This document shows positions 42,133 through 51,909 of a stretch of 64,000 bases of DNA, one piece after another. The first letter of the stretch is position 1. Every line of letters begins with the position of its first letter. Both the position numbers and the translations under genes were made by a program. The notes beneath the pieces were generated by a model. The model was given only the letters and a program-made list of their open reading frames with translations. It did no database searches and was not told the DNA's origin. Source of the DNA: Longimicrobiales bacterium (GTDB taxonomy: Bacteria > Gemmatimonadota > Gemmatimonadetes > Longimicrobiales > Gaopeijiaceae); NCBI GenBank assembly GCA_965221265.1, contig OZ244873.1, positions 74,013 through 138,012 of the forward strand, given 5' to 3'.

Positions 42133-43580
42133 TCCTCGCGTGGATGGGCTACGCGGCGGGTGTCGGGCTGCTGCTGGCGGCCGGAGCCTGGGCCGGCGAG
42201 CGATGCTGCCAAGCGATGGGTTGGCCCGTTCGGTTTCCGTGGATGGGGGCCCTCGCGCTCGTGGTCCTGATTCCCCTGGCCGCGCGGGCGCCGGCGCCCG
42301 AGACGCCCGCCAACCCACCGTCGGCGATGACGGCGCCGGAGCGGGAGGTGGAAGCGGCGGCCCCGGTCGCCGCCGGGCCGGAGTGGGAGCGGGCCGCGAT
42401 CATCGCCTGGGCCGCCGCCTCGCTGGCCACGCTGGTGGTCTTCGGCGTGATCGTGGGCGCCATGGCCCACTCGAGCCGTCGCTGGCCCCGTCGGTCGGTG
42501 GACGGTGGAGACGTGCACGTCTCCGAACGCTTCGGGCCGGCGCTGGTCGGCGTCGCCCGACCCAAGGTGGTCATCCCGGAGTGGCTGCTCCGGGCGAGCC
42601 CGCGCATCGGCCAGGTCGCGATCCTCCACGAGCGCGAGCACGCCCGCGCGCGCGACCATCTGATCCTCCTCGCGGGCGCCCTGATCGCCGCGCTCTTCCC
42701 TTGGAGTCCGGCGATCTGGTGGATGGTCCGCAATCTGCGGGGCGCGGTAGAGATCGACTGCGACCGGCGCGTCATCGCCTCCGGCATCCCGACCACCGAG
42801 TATGGGACGCTACTGCTCGCCATTGGAGCGGGACGGCGCGGACGATGGGCGTTCGCGCCCACCTTCGCCGAACCCAGACATTCCCTCGAACGGAGACTGA
42901 AGATGATGGCCGACGGAACACGCGGATGGAGTCCCTTCAAGGCCGGAGCGCTGGGCATCCTGTCCATCGCCGCGCTCGTGGCCGCGTGCGACACCGAAGC
43001 CCCCACCGCCCTCGACGACGCGCTTCTCGACGTGCTGGCCAGCCCGGAGGCGGACGGGTCCGACGCCCCGGTCAACGACGCGCTCCGAATCGGGAGCACG
43101 CTCGACGGCAGTCCGCCGCTCATCTTCCTCAACGGGGTCGAGCTCGATGGGGGCATCGCGTCGCTCGGCTCCCTGGACCCCGACGACATCGAGCGCATCG
43201 AGGTCATCAAGGGCCCGGCCGCGGCCGCGCTCTACGGCGACCGCGCCGAGGTGGGCGTGATTCAGATCTTCACCCACGGAGCCTCGGACCCGCCCGGGGA
43301 CGAGACACCCCCCGGAGACGACGCCGCGGCCGACGAGACCGAGCACCCGCGAACCTCGATGGGCCGGCGGGAACGCGCGCCGAGCCCCCTTTTTCCTGCC
43401 GCCATCGCAAGACAACTCATGACGCTCCGGGGAGACCTCGAAATGGAGGTGGACGCGACGGAACCGAACAGCGTCCACGTCCGACACTCGGGGCACCCGG
43501 CGGACTGGCCGATCGTCTGGCGGATCGCCACCCAACTACTGGCCGGCACCCCGGGCGCCTCGACCCCTCAGCCGTCCTAG
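42129..43580 (+). CDS. BlaR1/M56-family membrane metallopeptidase (signal transducer) with a C-terminal plug-like beta domain
   Basis: HExxH motif ILHEREHARARDH between TM helices. Start overlaps the blaI stop (ATGA). The C-terminus carries IERIEVIKGPAAAALYGDRAEVGVIQIFT, a TonB-receptor-plug/carboxypeptidase-regulatory-like motif. Confidence 0.8.
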   Translation: MILAWMGYAAGVGLLLAAGAWAGERCCQAMGWPVRFPWMGALALVVLIPLAARAPAPETPANPPSAMTAPEREVEAAAPVAAGPEWERAAIIAWAAASLATLVVFGVIVGAMAHSSRRWPRRSVDGGDVHVSERFGPALVGVARPKVVIPEWLLRASPRIGQVAILHEREHARARDHLILLAGALIAALFPWSPAIWWMVRNLRGAVEIDCDRRVIASGIPTTEYGTLLLAIGAGRRGRWAFAPTFAEPRHSLERRLKMMADGTRGWSPFKAGALGILSIAALVAACDTEAPTALDDALLDVLASPEADGSDAPVNDALRIGSTLDGSPPLIFLNGVELDGGIASLGSLDPDDIERIEVIKGPAAAALYGDRAEVGVIQIFTHGASDPPGDETPPGDDAAADETEHPRTSMGRRERAPSPLFPAAIARQLMTLRGDLEMEVDATEPNSVHVRHSGHPADWPIVWRIATQLLAGTPGASTPQPS

Positions 43581-43587
43581 GAGTCCG

Positions 43588-43626
43588 CGCCGCTCTCGGT
43601 GCTCGGGCGGATTCGTCCACGGCCCG
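43588..43626 (-). repeat. REP-like repeat, partial inverse copy
   Basis: gccgctctcggtgctcgggcggattcgtccacggcc. Confidence 0.6.
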
Positions 43627-45663
43627 CTAGGTCACCGGCGCCTTGTGCGTCCCCCACTTCTCGAACCACTTGCGCAGGTAGAGCTGGGTGCGCATGAAGT
43701 TCGAGGGGCGGGAGCCGGTGCCGTGCCACTCCTCCTGGAAGCGGATCATGACGGTGGGCACGCCCACGTACCGCAGCGCCTGGTAGAACTCCTCGGTCTG
43801 GCCCATGGGCGTGCGCAGGTCCATCTCCCCGGTCAGGAGCATGGTCGGCGTGGTCACGTTGCCCACGTAGAAGATCGATGAGCGGTCGATCCACTCCGTC
43901 GGATCCTCCCAGAAGGGCTTCTCGAAGGTGCGCGTGTAGCTGATCGCGTCCGATGTGCCCATCGCCGACATCCAGTTGACGATGGGGCAGTTGGCCGACG
44001 CCGCCGTGAAGCGGTCGGTGTTGCCCACGATGTAGCTCGTCAGGATGCCACCCCCCGAGCAGCCGTAGACGAACAGGTTGTCCTCGTCCACGTAGCCGCG
44101 CGCCAGCATTTCGTCCACCCCGGCCATGAGGTCGGGGAAGTCGGCGCCCGGGTAGTCGTGGTTGATGGCGTTGGCGAACGCGGTGCCGTAGCCGGTGCTG
44201 CCGCGCGGGTTGGTGTAGAGCACCACGTAGTCGTTGGCGGCGTGCTCCTGGAAGGCGAAGTTGAAGCCGCCGTGGTACATGCTGTGCGGTCCGCCGTGGA
44301 TGACCAGCATCATGGGATAGCGGCGCGACGGGTCGAAGTCGGGAGGCTTGACGATCCACCCCTGGATGCGGAAGTCGTCCTCGGAGTCGTACCAGATCTC
44401 CTCGACCTCGCCCAGCCCGACGTGCTCCAGCACGTCCGCGTTCACCTCGGTGAGGCGGCGCACTTGGTTGGGGCGATCGAGGTCGAAGCTGTGAATGTCG
44501 CCCGGTTCGTGGGCGCTGGAGATCACCCCGACCCCCACCCCGTCGTCCGAAAACGATGACAGGCCGAAGAGGTGCTCCCCGGAGGTCAGCTGGGTCACCC
44601 CTCCCTCCACCGAAACGAAGTGGAGCTGCGCGTATCCGTCGCGGCGCACGTTGAAGTAGAGCCCACTTCCGTCGCGCGCCCAGGTCATGGGCCCGATCTG
44701 GCGGTCGTGGTCCCCCGAGATCACGCGCGAGCCCGACCCGTCCCGGTTCATCAGGTGGATCTTCTGGTTGCGGTAGGTGTCGCGGTGGGCGTCGATCCCG
44801 GTGTGGGCGATGAGCGAGCCGTCGGGCGACGGAACCGGGCCGCCGTCGGGGCCCCGCCTGTGGGTCAGCCGCCGGATGTCGCCGCTCGCGACGGAGACGG
44901 CGTAGATTTCCGACTCCTGCCAATGCTCCGGCCGGTCCCAGTCCTCCTCCCGGTACGAGGTGAAGTAGATCTCGTCGCCGTCCGGGCTCCACTGGATGCC
45001 GGAGTGGTTCCAGTCGCCGTCGGTCAACCGGCGGGGGGTGCCGCCCTCGGCCGGAACCACGAAGACGTGGGTCCAGCCGGTGTCGACGTATCCCTGGCGG
45101 TCGCGCTTGTAGCCCGCCCGCTCCACCACCTTGGGCTCGCGCGTCCACTCGGCGCCGTCGGGACGCCCGGGCAGCTGAACGCCCGCGAAGTCCGCCCGGT
45201 CGGGAACCCGGCTGGTGAACGCGATCCACTCTCCGTCGGGCGACCAGCGCGGCTCCGAAGGCCCATCCTCCAAGCGCGTGATCTGGCTCACGGCGCCCTC
45301 GTCGTCCATCCACCGCACGAAGAGCTGCGAGCCCTCGGGCTGACCCCGCGCGGTGAAGAGGATGCGGGTGCCGTCCGGCGACCAGCGCGCTCCGCCCCCC
45401 TCCGCGAGGTGTCGGGCGCGGGTGCCGTCGGCGTTCATGATCCAAAGCGACGACTCCCGCCGGTCGGCCCGCTTGTCGATCCAGCCGCGCGTGTAGACGA
45501 TGCGCGCTCCATCCGGCGAGATGCGCGGGTCGGACACGGTCTCCATGTCCAGGTAGTGGGTGAGCGAGAGCCGGTCCTGGGCGGCGGACGGCGCCGCGTG
45601 GGCCCCGAGAACGGCGAGCAGAAGGGCGACGAACGGGATGATGGCGCGGGGACGGGTCATCGG
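43627..45663 (-). CDS. S9-family serine peptidase (prolyl oligopeptidase/dipeptidyl-peptidase-like) with N-terminal beta-propeller
   Basis: Nucleophile elbow GCSGGG. Catalytic Asp/His region. Signal peptide MTRPRAIIPFVALLLAVLGAHA. Alternative start 45723. Confidence 0.85.
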   Translation of the reverse strand, partial: PMTRPRAIIPFVALLLAVLGAHAAPSAAQDRLSLTHYLDMETVSDPRISPDGARIVYTRGWIDKRADRRESSLWIMNADGTRARHLAEGGGARWSPDGTRILFTARGQPEGSQLFVRWMDDEGAVSQITRLEDGPSEPRWSPDGEWIAFTSRVPDRADFAGVQLPGRPDGAEWTREPKVVERAGYKRDRQGYVDTGWTHVFVVPAEGGTPRRLTDGDWNHSGIQWSPDGDEIYFTSYREEDWDRPEHWQESEIYAVSVASGDIRRLTHRRGPDGGPVPSPDGSLIAHTGIDAHRDTYRNQKIHLMNRDGSGSRVISGDHDRQIGPMTWARDGSGLYFNVRRDGYAQLHFVSVEGGVTQLTSGEHLFGLSSFSDDGVGVGVISSAHEPGDIHSFDLDRPNQVRRLTEVNADVLEHVGLGEVEEIWYDSEDDFRIQGWIVKPPDFDPSRRYPMMLVIHGGPHSMYHGGFNFAFQEHAANDYVVLYTNPRGSTGYGTAFANAINHDYPGADFPDLMAGVDEMLARGYVDEDNLFVYGCSGGGILTSYIVGNTDRFTAASANCPIVNWMSAMGTSDAISYTRTFEKPFWEDPTEWIDRSSIFYVGNVTTPTMLLTGEMDLRTPMGQTEEFYQALRYVGVPTVMIRFQEEWHGTGSRPSNFMRTQLYLRKWFEKWGTHKAPVT

Positions 45664-45757
45664 GTGCTCCTCTTCGCGAGTGCCAGGGAACCTACGTTGC
45701 GTGGGCAGCCGCGAATCGCGCAACGGGAGACATGGATCGGGCGTCCGCGTCCGGGAC

Positions 45758-46906
45758 TCACTCCCGCCGGCCCGGCTTGGGCAGCGCCTGCCCGGACTCC
45801 CCGTGAATGATCAGCTCCCGCTTCGGATACGGGATCTCCACGCCCGCGTCCGCGAAGGCCGCCACCGCCTTGCCGGTGATCTCGTCGGCGATGCGGCGGC
45901 GGTTGCGGGCCTCCAGAATCCACACGCGCAGCTGAAGCTGGACGTCGGAGGGCCCGAAGCCGCGCACGATGACGATGGGCTCCGGGTCCGCCTTGACCCC
46001 CCCCACCTGCTTCGCGGCCTCGATCAGGAGCGTCTTGGCGCGCTCGATGTCGGATTCGTAGGACACGGAGAAGGGGATGCGCAGCCGAATGTCCTGACCC
46101 GACATGGTGTAGTTCACGATGTCGCGCACCATGATCAGGCTGTTGGGCACGATGACCACCAGGTTGTCCGGGTTGCGGATCTTGGTGGCGCGCAGGCCGA
46201 TCTCGATGACGTCGCCCCAGGTGCCGGTCTCGTTGGGCGCGGTCCAGAGCTCGATGCGGTCGCCGACCTTGAACGGCCGGTCCATGATGAGCAGGACGCC
46301 CGCGATCAGGTTGGACAGCGTGTCCTTCGCCGCGAGCGAGAGCGCCAGCCCCATGACGCCGGCGCCGGCAAGCAACGGAGCGATGTTCAGCCCCAGCAGA
46401 TCCAGCGCGAGTATGGCGCCCAGCGCGACGACGAGGAAGCGAACGGTGCGGTTGACGAGCGGGAACGCGGTCTCGTCGAAGGGCGTGTCGCCCCGCGCGA
46501 TGATCCGCGATTCGAGCAGGTTGAGCACGTCGCCGATGAAGCGGCTCAGCGGCAGGAAGAGGAGCCCGACCCAGATGGCCAGGACCCAGCTCGCCGCCAG
46601 GGGTGGGGCGCCGTCCGGATTCGGAACTGCCCAGACGAGGACGAGCCGCCACGCCGCCCAGGCGATGATGGAGAACGATCCCGCGCTGAGCAGGAACTCC
46701 ACGAAGTGATCGTCCAAGCGGGTGTCGGTGCGCTTCACCCAGCGCTTCTTGGCGCGATCGAGCACCCAGCGGACGAGGAAGTACGCGACCACCGCCACGA
46801 GAATCGTCGCCAGGCTGGGGATCCAGCGCGGGGCCGCGAAGGCCAGCGCGGCCCGCCACAGCGCGCCGATGTCGATGGAGTCGAAGGTGAATCCCAGGAA
46901 TTCCAA
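45758..46906 (-). CDS. mechanosensitive ion channel, MscS family
   Basis: TM3-beta domain signature (LLAGAGVMGLALSLAAKDTLSNLIAGVLLIMDRPFKVGDRIE). Confidence 0.9.
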   Translation of the reverse strand: MEFLGFTFDSIDIGALWRAALAFAAPRWIPSLATILVAVVAYFLVRWVLDRAKKRWVKRTDTRLDDHFVEFLLSAGSFSIIAWAAWRLVLVWAVPNPDGAPPLAASWVLAIWVGLLFLPLSRFIGDVLNLLESRIIARGDTPFDETAFPLVNRTVRFLVVALGAILALDLLGLNIAPLLAGAGVMGLALSLAAKDTLSNLIAGVLLIMDRPFKVGDRIELWTAPNETGTWGDVIEIGLRATKIRNPDNLVVIVPNSLIMVRDIVNYTMSGQDIRLRIPFSVSYESDIERAKTLLIEAAKQVGGVKADPEPIVIVRGFGPSDVQLQLRVWILEARNRRRIADEITGKAVAAFADAGVEIPYPKRELIIHGESGQALPKPGRRE

Positions 46907-47146
46907 ATCGCCTCGCCGCGTGTGGTTTTCTCGTCCGACCGGCGCCGCGCGGAGCCACCCGCGCGGGCGTGCTCCTCCAAGGCCGTCGGCATGGTAGGCT
47001 AGCCTAATGGTTCAGCGGTTCGTATATCAACCGGAACCGCTCGATGCCGGTGCCGGTCCCGGGTTCCGCCAGCCGCTCGAGTTCGTGGAACCCGGTCGGC
47101 GAGCCCGGGCGGGACACTGCGGTAATGGGTCTTCCCACCGGAGAAC

Positions 47147-47968
47147 ATGCCGATGAAGGGAGGCGCGTTGGCGGCCCCCGAGCGCGAGGGGCGCGAGGTC
47201 CTCGCGTCCCGCGACGGCGTGGTGCTGACGCTCACCCTCCATCGCCCGCATCGCCTCAACGCGGTGAACCTGCCCCTGTACGAGAAGCTCGTCGCGGAGC
47301 TGGAGGCGGCGCGCGCGGATCGGGGCGTGCGCTGCGTCATCCTGACGGGGAGCGGACGGGCGTTCTGCGCCGGAGCCGACCTGAAGGCGCACGCCGAGAC
47401 CCCCATGACGGAGGCGGAACGGGGTCGCTACGTCCGAACCGCCCAGCACGCCAACCACTTGATTCAGACGATGGGCACCCCGGTGGTGGCGGCCGTCAAC
47501 GGGCACGCCATCGGCGCGGGCCTCGAGCTGGCGTTGTCGGCGGACTTCGCGCTGGTCGCGGAGGAGGCGAGGCTCCGGCTGCCGGAGGTGGCCCTGGGCA
47601 CCTTCGTGGGCGGCGGCGCGGTGTACACGCTGGCGGAGCGCGTGGGCGTGCTGAAGGCGCGCGAGCTCGTGTACCTGGGGGACTTCCTCTCCGGGGCGGA
47701 GGCGGCCCGCGCGGGGGTGTTCAACCGGGCTCTGCCGGCGGACGAGGTGCTCCCGGCGGCGCGCGAACTGGCGACCCGCCTGGCCCGTCGCGCCCCGATT
47801 CCGCTCGCGGCGGCCAAGCGCCTCATTGGGCCGGCCGGCGGCCTTTCGCGCGAACAGGCGCTCGAACGGGAGCGCGCCGCGTTGGAGGAGATCTTTCGCA
47901 CGGCGGACTGGGCCGAGGGCGTGGCCGCGTTCCGGGAGGGACGCGCGCCCGACTTTCGGGGGCGGTAG
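47147..47968 (+). CDS. enoyl-CoA hydratase/isomerase (crotonase) family protein
   Basis: Crotonase-fold motifs RAFCAGADLK and VAAVNGHAIGAGLELAL. Confidence 0.9.
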   Translation: MPMKGGALAAPEREGREVLASRDGVVLTLTLHRPHRLNAVNLPLYEKLVAELEAARADRGVRCVILTGSGRAFCAGADLKAHAETPMTEAERGRYVRTAQHANHLIQTMGTPVVAAVNGHAIGAGLELALSADFALVAEEARLRLPEVALGTFVGGGAVYTLAERVGVLKARELVYLGDFLSGAEAARAGVFNRALPADEVLPAARELATRLARRAPIPLAAAKRLIGPAGGLSREQALERERAALEEIFRTADWAEGVAAFREGRAPDFRGR

Positions 47969-48075
47969 GGAGGGGCCGTGCGCGGACCGGGACCGTGCGC
48001 GCTTCCGACCATCGACGCCGCGGCCGAAGGCGGTCGCCCCCGCGTGGCGGCGCCGCTCCGCTCAAGGGCGGCGAC

Positions 48076-50433
48076 ATGACCCTGCGCCGCATCTTCGAAC
48101 CTCGGTCCATCGCCGTGGTCGGGGCCAGCGCCGATCCGACCAAGCGGGGCCACCAGATCCTGCGCGGGCTGGAGCGGTCGGGCTTCCCCGGCCCGGTCCA
48201 CGCGGTGAACCCGCGCGGCGGACGTCTCCTGGGGCAGGAGCTGCTCCCATCGGTGGAGGGGCTGCCGCGCGGCGTGGATCTGGCCGTCCTGTGCACCCCC
48301 GCGGATACCGCGCCCGATCTGGTGCGCGCCTGCGGTGAGCGGGGGGTGGGCGGGGTGGTGGTGCTCGCGGTGGGCTTCGGGGAATCGGGCGGCCGGGGAG
48401 CCGAGCTGGAGAGGCGCCTGGGCGAGGCGGCGCGCGCGCGCGGCGTGCGCGTGATCGGCCCCAACACCTCGGGGCTCATGAACCTGCACCGGCGCGTGAA
48501 CCTGATCGGCGTGCGCGACGTGCGGCCGGGCGGCATCGCGCTGCTGGTTCAGTCCGGCAACATCGCGCTCGGCCTCATGAACGAAGTCGTCGCGCGCACG
48601 CGGGAGGGGATCTCGGTCTGCTGCGGGCTCGGCAACCAAGTGGACGTCGGCTTCGACGAGGTGCTGGAGTACCTGGGCGGGGACGCCCGCACCAAGGCGG
48701 TGATCGCGCACGTGGAGGGCCTGAGGCGCGCGCGCGCCTTCCTGCGCGTGGCCGCCCGGGTCACGCGGCGGAAGCCCGTGGTGGCCGTCAAGTCGGGACG
48801 GACGGCCGGGGGGGCCCGGAGCGCCCTGTCGCACACCGGGGCGGTGGCGGGTCCGTACGACCGGCTGCGGGCGGGGTTGGCGCAGGCCGGGGTGGCGGAG
48901 GTGCGCCGCACCGACCAGCTCGTGGCGGTCGCCCAGGCGCTGGCGTCGGGGCCCGCCGCGCGGCCCGGCGGCGGGATCGCCATCCTCTCCGACGGCGGCG
49001 GGCAGAACACGCTGGCGGTGGACGCGCTCACCGAGTCGGGGGCGCGGCTGGCGACCCTCGCGCGCGACACCCGCGACCGCCTGCGGGCCGTGTTGGGCCC
49101 GGCGGCGGCGGTCGCCAACCCCGTGGACGTGGCGGGCGCGGCGGATGCCGACCCGGGCGCCTTCGCGCGCGCCCTGGACGTGCTCGCCCCCGACCCGGGG
49201 GTGGGGATCGTTCTGGTGGTGGGGCTGTTCGGCGGCTACGGGATCCGCTTTTCCGACCGACTCACGGCGTCCGAGACCGAGGCCGCCCGGGCGATGGCGG
49301 CCCGGATGCGCTCCCTCGGGAAGGCCATGGTGGCGCACTCCATGTACGCGAGCCACGCAAGCCGGCCCCTGGAGGTCTTCCGGGACGCCGGCATCCCCGT
49401 GATCGAGTCGCTGGAGGTGGCGTGCCGCGCCGCGGTCGCGGTCGAGCGCCGGTCGCGGCGGATGCGCGCGCCCCGGTGGGACCCCGACGGCCCCGCGCCC
49501 GCGCCGGTCCACGACGCTGCGGCGGAGCCCGCCTCGGTCGCCGAGGCCCGGCGCCCCGACCCGCACGGCGGCCCTTCACCAACCGCCACCCCACCGCCCC
49601 AACCGGCGACCGGGCGGACCCCGGACGCCTCCACCTCTCCCGCCTCGCGGCCCCAATCGGCCGCGGACCACCCACGCCGTCCACCCCCATCACCCGCGTG
49701 GGGTCGGACCACCGCCTCCCCGCCTCCCCACCCCACGATCCGCGCCGCCCGCGCGGCGGGGTCAACGACCCTGACCGAAGTGGAGGCGCGCGCCCTGCTG
49801 GACGCGGCCGGGCTGGCCTTCCCCGCCGCCGAAGCGGCCGACTCGGCGGAGGCGGCGGCCCGGGCGGCGGAGCGGCTGGGGTACCCGGTGGCGGTCAAGC
49901 TGCTCTCCCGCCGAATCACCCACAAATCGGACGCCGGCGGGGTCGCGCTCAACGTGACCAACGCCGCCGCCGCCGCGCGCGCCTTCGAGGTGATCGTCGC
50001 GAACGCCCGCGTCCACGCCCGCGCCGAGGGCATCGCTCCCGAGGCGGGGTCCGTGCTGGTCACCCCCATGCTTCCCGCGCCCGCGGCCGAGCTGCTCGTG
50101 GGCGCCTACCGCGACCCCCACCTCGGTCCCACGCTCACCCTGGGCGGCGGCGGCACCCGGGTGGAGCTGCTGCGCGACGTCAGCCACCGCGTGCTTCCCA
50201 TCCGGGCGCGGGAGGTGGAGGCGATGATCGGGGAGCTGCGCGTCGGCAGGTTGCTCACGGGTGGCGACGGAGCCCCGCCCGCCTCCGTCACCGGGATCGT
50301 TCGCGCGGCCGAGGCGGTGGCCGCCTGCGTCATGGCGTGGAGCGACGTCGCCGAAGTCGAGGTCAACCCGCTCTTCGCGTATCGCGGCCACGCCGTCCCC
50401 GCGGACGCGCGCGTGGTGCTTGCTCCCGCATAG
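48076..50433 (+). CDS. acyl-CoA synthetase (NDP-forming), acetate-CoA ligase (ADP-forming)-like, fused alpha/beta domains with a long Pro/Ala-rich linker
   Basis: CoA-binding VVGAS...; catalytic-His region LSHTGAVAG; succinyl-CoA-synthetase-like flavodoxin domain; C-terminal ATP-grasp (YPVAVKLLSRRITHKSDAGGVALNV). ~100-aa low-complexity linker at nt ~49500-49760. Confidence 0.85.
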   Translation: MTLRRIFEPRSIAVVGASADPTKRGHQILRGLERSGFPGPVHAVNPRGGRLLGQELLPSVEGLPRGVDLAVLCTPADTAPDLVRACGERGVGGVVVLAVGFGESGGRGAELERRLGEAARARGVRVIGPNTSGLMNLHRRVNLIGVRDVRPGGIALLVQSGNIALGLMNEVVARTREGISVCCGLGNQVDVGFDEVLEYLGGDARTKAVIAHVEGLRRARAFLRVAARVTRRKPVVAVKSGRTAGGARSALSHTGAVAGPYDRLRAGLAQAGVAEVRRTDQLVAVAQALASGPAARPGGGIAILSDGGGQNTLAVDALTESGARLATLARDTRDRLRAVLGPAAAVANPVDVAGAADADPGAFARALDVLAPDPGVGIVLVVGLFGGYGIRFSDRLTASETEAARAMAARMRSLGKAMVAHSMYASHASRPLEVFRDAGIPVIESLEVACRAAVAVERRSRRMRAPRWDPDGPAPAPVHDAAAEPASVAEARRPDPHGGPSPTATPPPQPATGRTPDASTSPASRPQSAADHPRRPPPSPAWGRTTASPPPHPTIRAARAAGSTTLTEVEARALLDAAGLAFPAAEAADSAEAAARAAERLGYPVAVKLLSRRITHKSDAGGVALNVTNAAAAARAFEVIVANARVHARAEGIAPEAGSVLVTPMLPAPAAELLVGAYRDPHLGPTLTLGGGGTRVELLRDVSHRVLPIRAREVEAMIGELRVGRLLTGGDGAPPASVTGIVRAAEAVAACVMAWSDVAEVEVNPLFAYRGHAVPADARVVLAPA

Positions 50434-50444
50434 GGATCCGCCTG

Positions 50445-50852
50445 CTATTCGTCCCCGCACGCCGAGCAGCGACCGGTCCGGCAGGCGCGGGCGCTCCCCA
50501 CCAGCGCGCCCGCGAGGACCAGGCTGCCGGCGGCCGACGTCAGGTTCTCGGGCATCGGCTCGAGCCAGCCGGCGAGCGAGGCCGCCCAGAGCACGGCCCC
50601 TCCCGCGAAGGTGAGGATCAGCGACGCGTTCGTGCGGGCCGGGCCCATAAGGAGGATCGCCGCACCGATGAGGACGGTCCCGAACCACACCCCTCGCTCG
50701 ACGCCTTCGGAGAGCGCGAGCGCGGGTGCCGCCACGACCAGCAAGGGCGTGATCGCGCAGTGCACGCCACACCAGATCGCGGCGCACGCCGCGAACCGCG
50801 ATCCGGAAGCCAAGTACTCTCTTGACGGCGTGAATGGGAAGGAAGCATGCAT
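50445..50852 (-). CDS. small polytopic membrane protein, MerC-like (tentative)
   Basis: Four predicted TM helices, Cys pairs (ACAAIWCGVHC; C-terminal CRTGRCSACG). Start at MHAS. Family assignment is weak. Confidence 0.45.
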   Translation of the reverse strand: MHASFPFTPSREYLASGSRFAACAAIWCGVHCAITPLLVVAAPALALSEGVERGVWFGTVLIGAAILLMGPARTNASLILTFAGGAVLWAASLAGWLEPMPENLTSAAGSLVLAGALVGSARACRTGRCSACGDE

Positions 50853-51030
50853 GGTGTGTTGGACTCCTGCCCAGAGGCTGGAGGAACGCCGACGGACTAC
50901 GCCTCCATGGACCCCTAATAGATAACATATTCTCAACACGCACGGAAGCTAGCGCCTCCAACCGGCGCTCCACAAGGACACGGGGAGCGCGACAGGTGGT
51001 TGCGTCGTCCGCCAACCCCCTCCGCAGCGT

Positions 51031-51080
51031 GTTGCAAATCAAGAAACGCAACAATTTGTTGCAATCTTGCGTTTGCAACG
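51031..51080. promoter_or_regulatory. AT-rich multi-dyad element (GTTGCAA..AACGCAA..TTGTTGCAA..TTGCGTT..TTGCAAC) in a divergent promoter region
   Basis: gttgcaaatcaagaaacgcaacaatttgttgcaatcttgcgtttgcaacg: three TTGCAA palindromes plus an AACGCAA/TTGCGTT inverted repeat. About 40% GC in a 70% GC genome. Confidence 0.35.
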
Positions 51081-51257
51081 CTCCACAGAGGTGCCGCGCA
51101 CCCCATGCACGGGCGGAGTGCCGCCCTCGCTCCCGCCGCGGGCCGCTCGTCCGCTCCGCGGAGCCCACGTTGCGCGCCGCCGAGCCGGGCCCGCATCTTG
51201 AGCCGTGCCACCATCCGCTCGCGGTCCATTTCCCGGGCCGCGACGCTCGCCGGCCCG

Positions 51258-51292
51258 CCGCTCCCGGTGCCCGGGCGGATTAATCCACGGAC
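51258..51292 (-). repeat. REP-like repeat, partial inverse copy
   Basis: ccgctcccggtgcccgggcggattaatccacggac. Confidence 0.5.
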
Positions 51293-51306
51293 TGCTGGAG
51301 GCTCGG

Positions 51307-51708
51307 ATGAACAAGAACTTCCTCATGGCCACGATCGCGGGAGGCGTCACCCTGTTCGTGCTGGGCTTCCTCGTCTACGGCGTGCTGCTGGCGGACTTCT
51401 TCGCCAACGACGCGATCAACCCCGAGCCCATCATGTGGGCGGTCACCCTGGGTCAGCTGCTCTCCGCCGCCTTCCTCGCCATCGTTCTCGGCTGGAAGGG
51501 CGTCGCGAGCGCGAAGGAGGGCTTTGGGGCCGGGGCAACCATCGGTGCCGTAATGGGCCTGGCCTTCGGGTTGATGATGTACGGGACCATGGTGGGCATG
51601 CACACCATGGCGACCCTCCTGGGGGACACCGTGGTCTCGGCGGTCGTCTACGGGGTCGCCGGCGCGGTGATCGCGATGGCGCTCAACCGGGGCACCGCGG
51701 CCGCCTGA
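51307..51708 (+). CDS. hypothetical small membrane protein (four TM helices)
   Basis: ATG with a GGAGG RBS. MNKNFLMATIAGGVTLFVLGFLVYGVLLADFF... No family recognised. Confidence 0.6.
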   Translation: MNKNFLMATIAGGVTLFVLGFLVYGVLLADFFANDAINPEPIMWAVTLGQLLSAAFLAIVLGWKGVASAKEGFGAGATIGAVMGLAFGLMMYGTMVGMHTMATLLGDTVVSAVVYGVAGAVIAMALNRGTAAA

Positions 51709-51909
51709 TCCCGGCCGCCGGAGCGGACACGGCGCCTAGCCGACGCGGACACCCCCCTGCGGGTTCAAGGACGCCGGAGCCGACCCGGCCGATGAGATCC
51801 TTTACATCGGCGGACGCGAGCGCCCCCCTCGGCCATCTGGCTGCGCCCCGAGTTGGCCACGCATGGGAAGAGGATGCGCCGGAATCCCGAGTCGCGGATG
51901 GCGCGCGCG

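Noticed and set aside
45560-50433. ORFs 45560..47002 (+), 45657..46958 (-), 47464..49566 (-), 47044..48075 (N-terminal extension of the acyl-CoA synthetase ORF)
   Set aside because: Overlap MscS, enoyl-CoA hydratase and the acyl-CoA synthetase in wrong frames or strands. The extension upstream of ATG 48076 runs through the hydratase gene in another frame.
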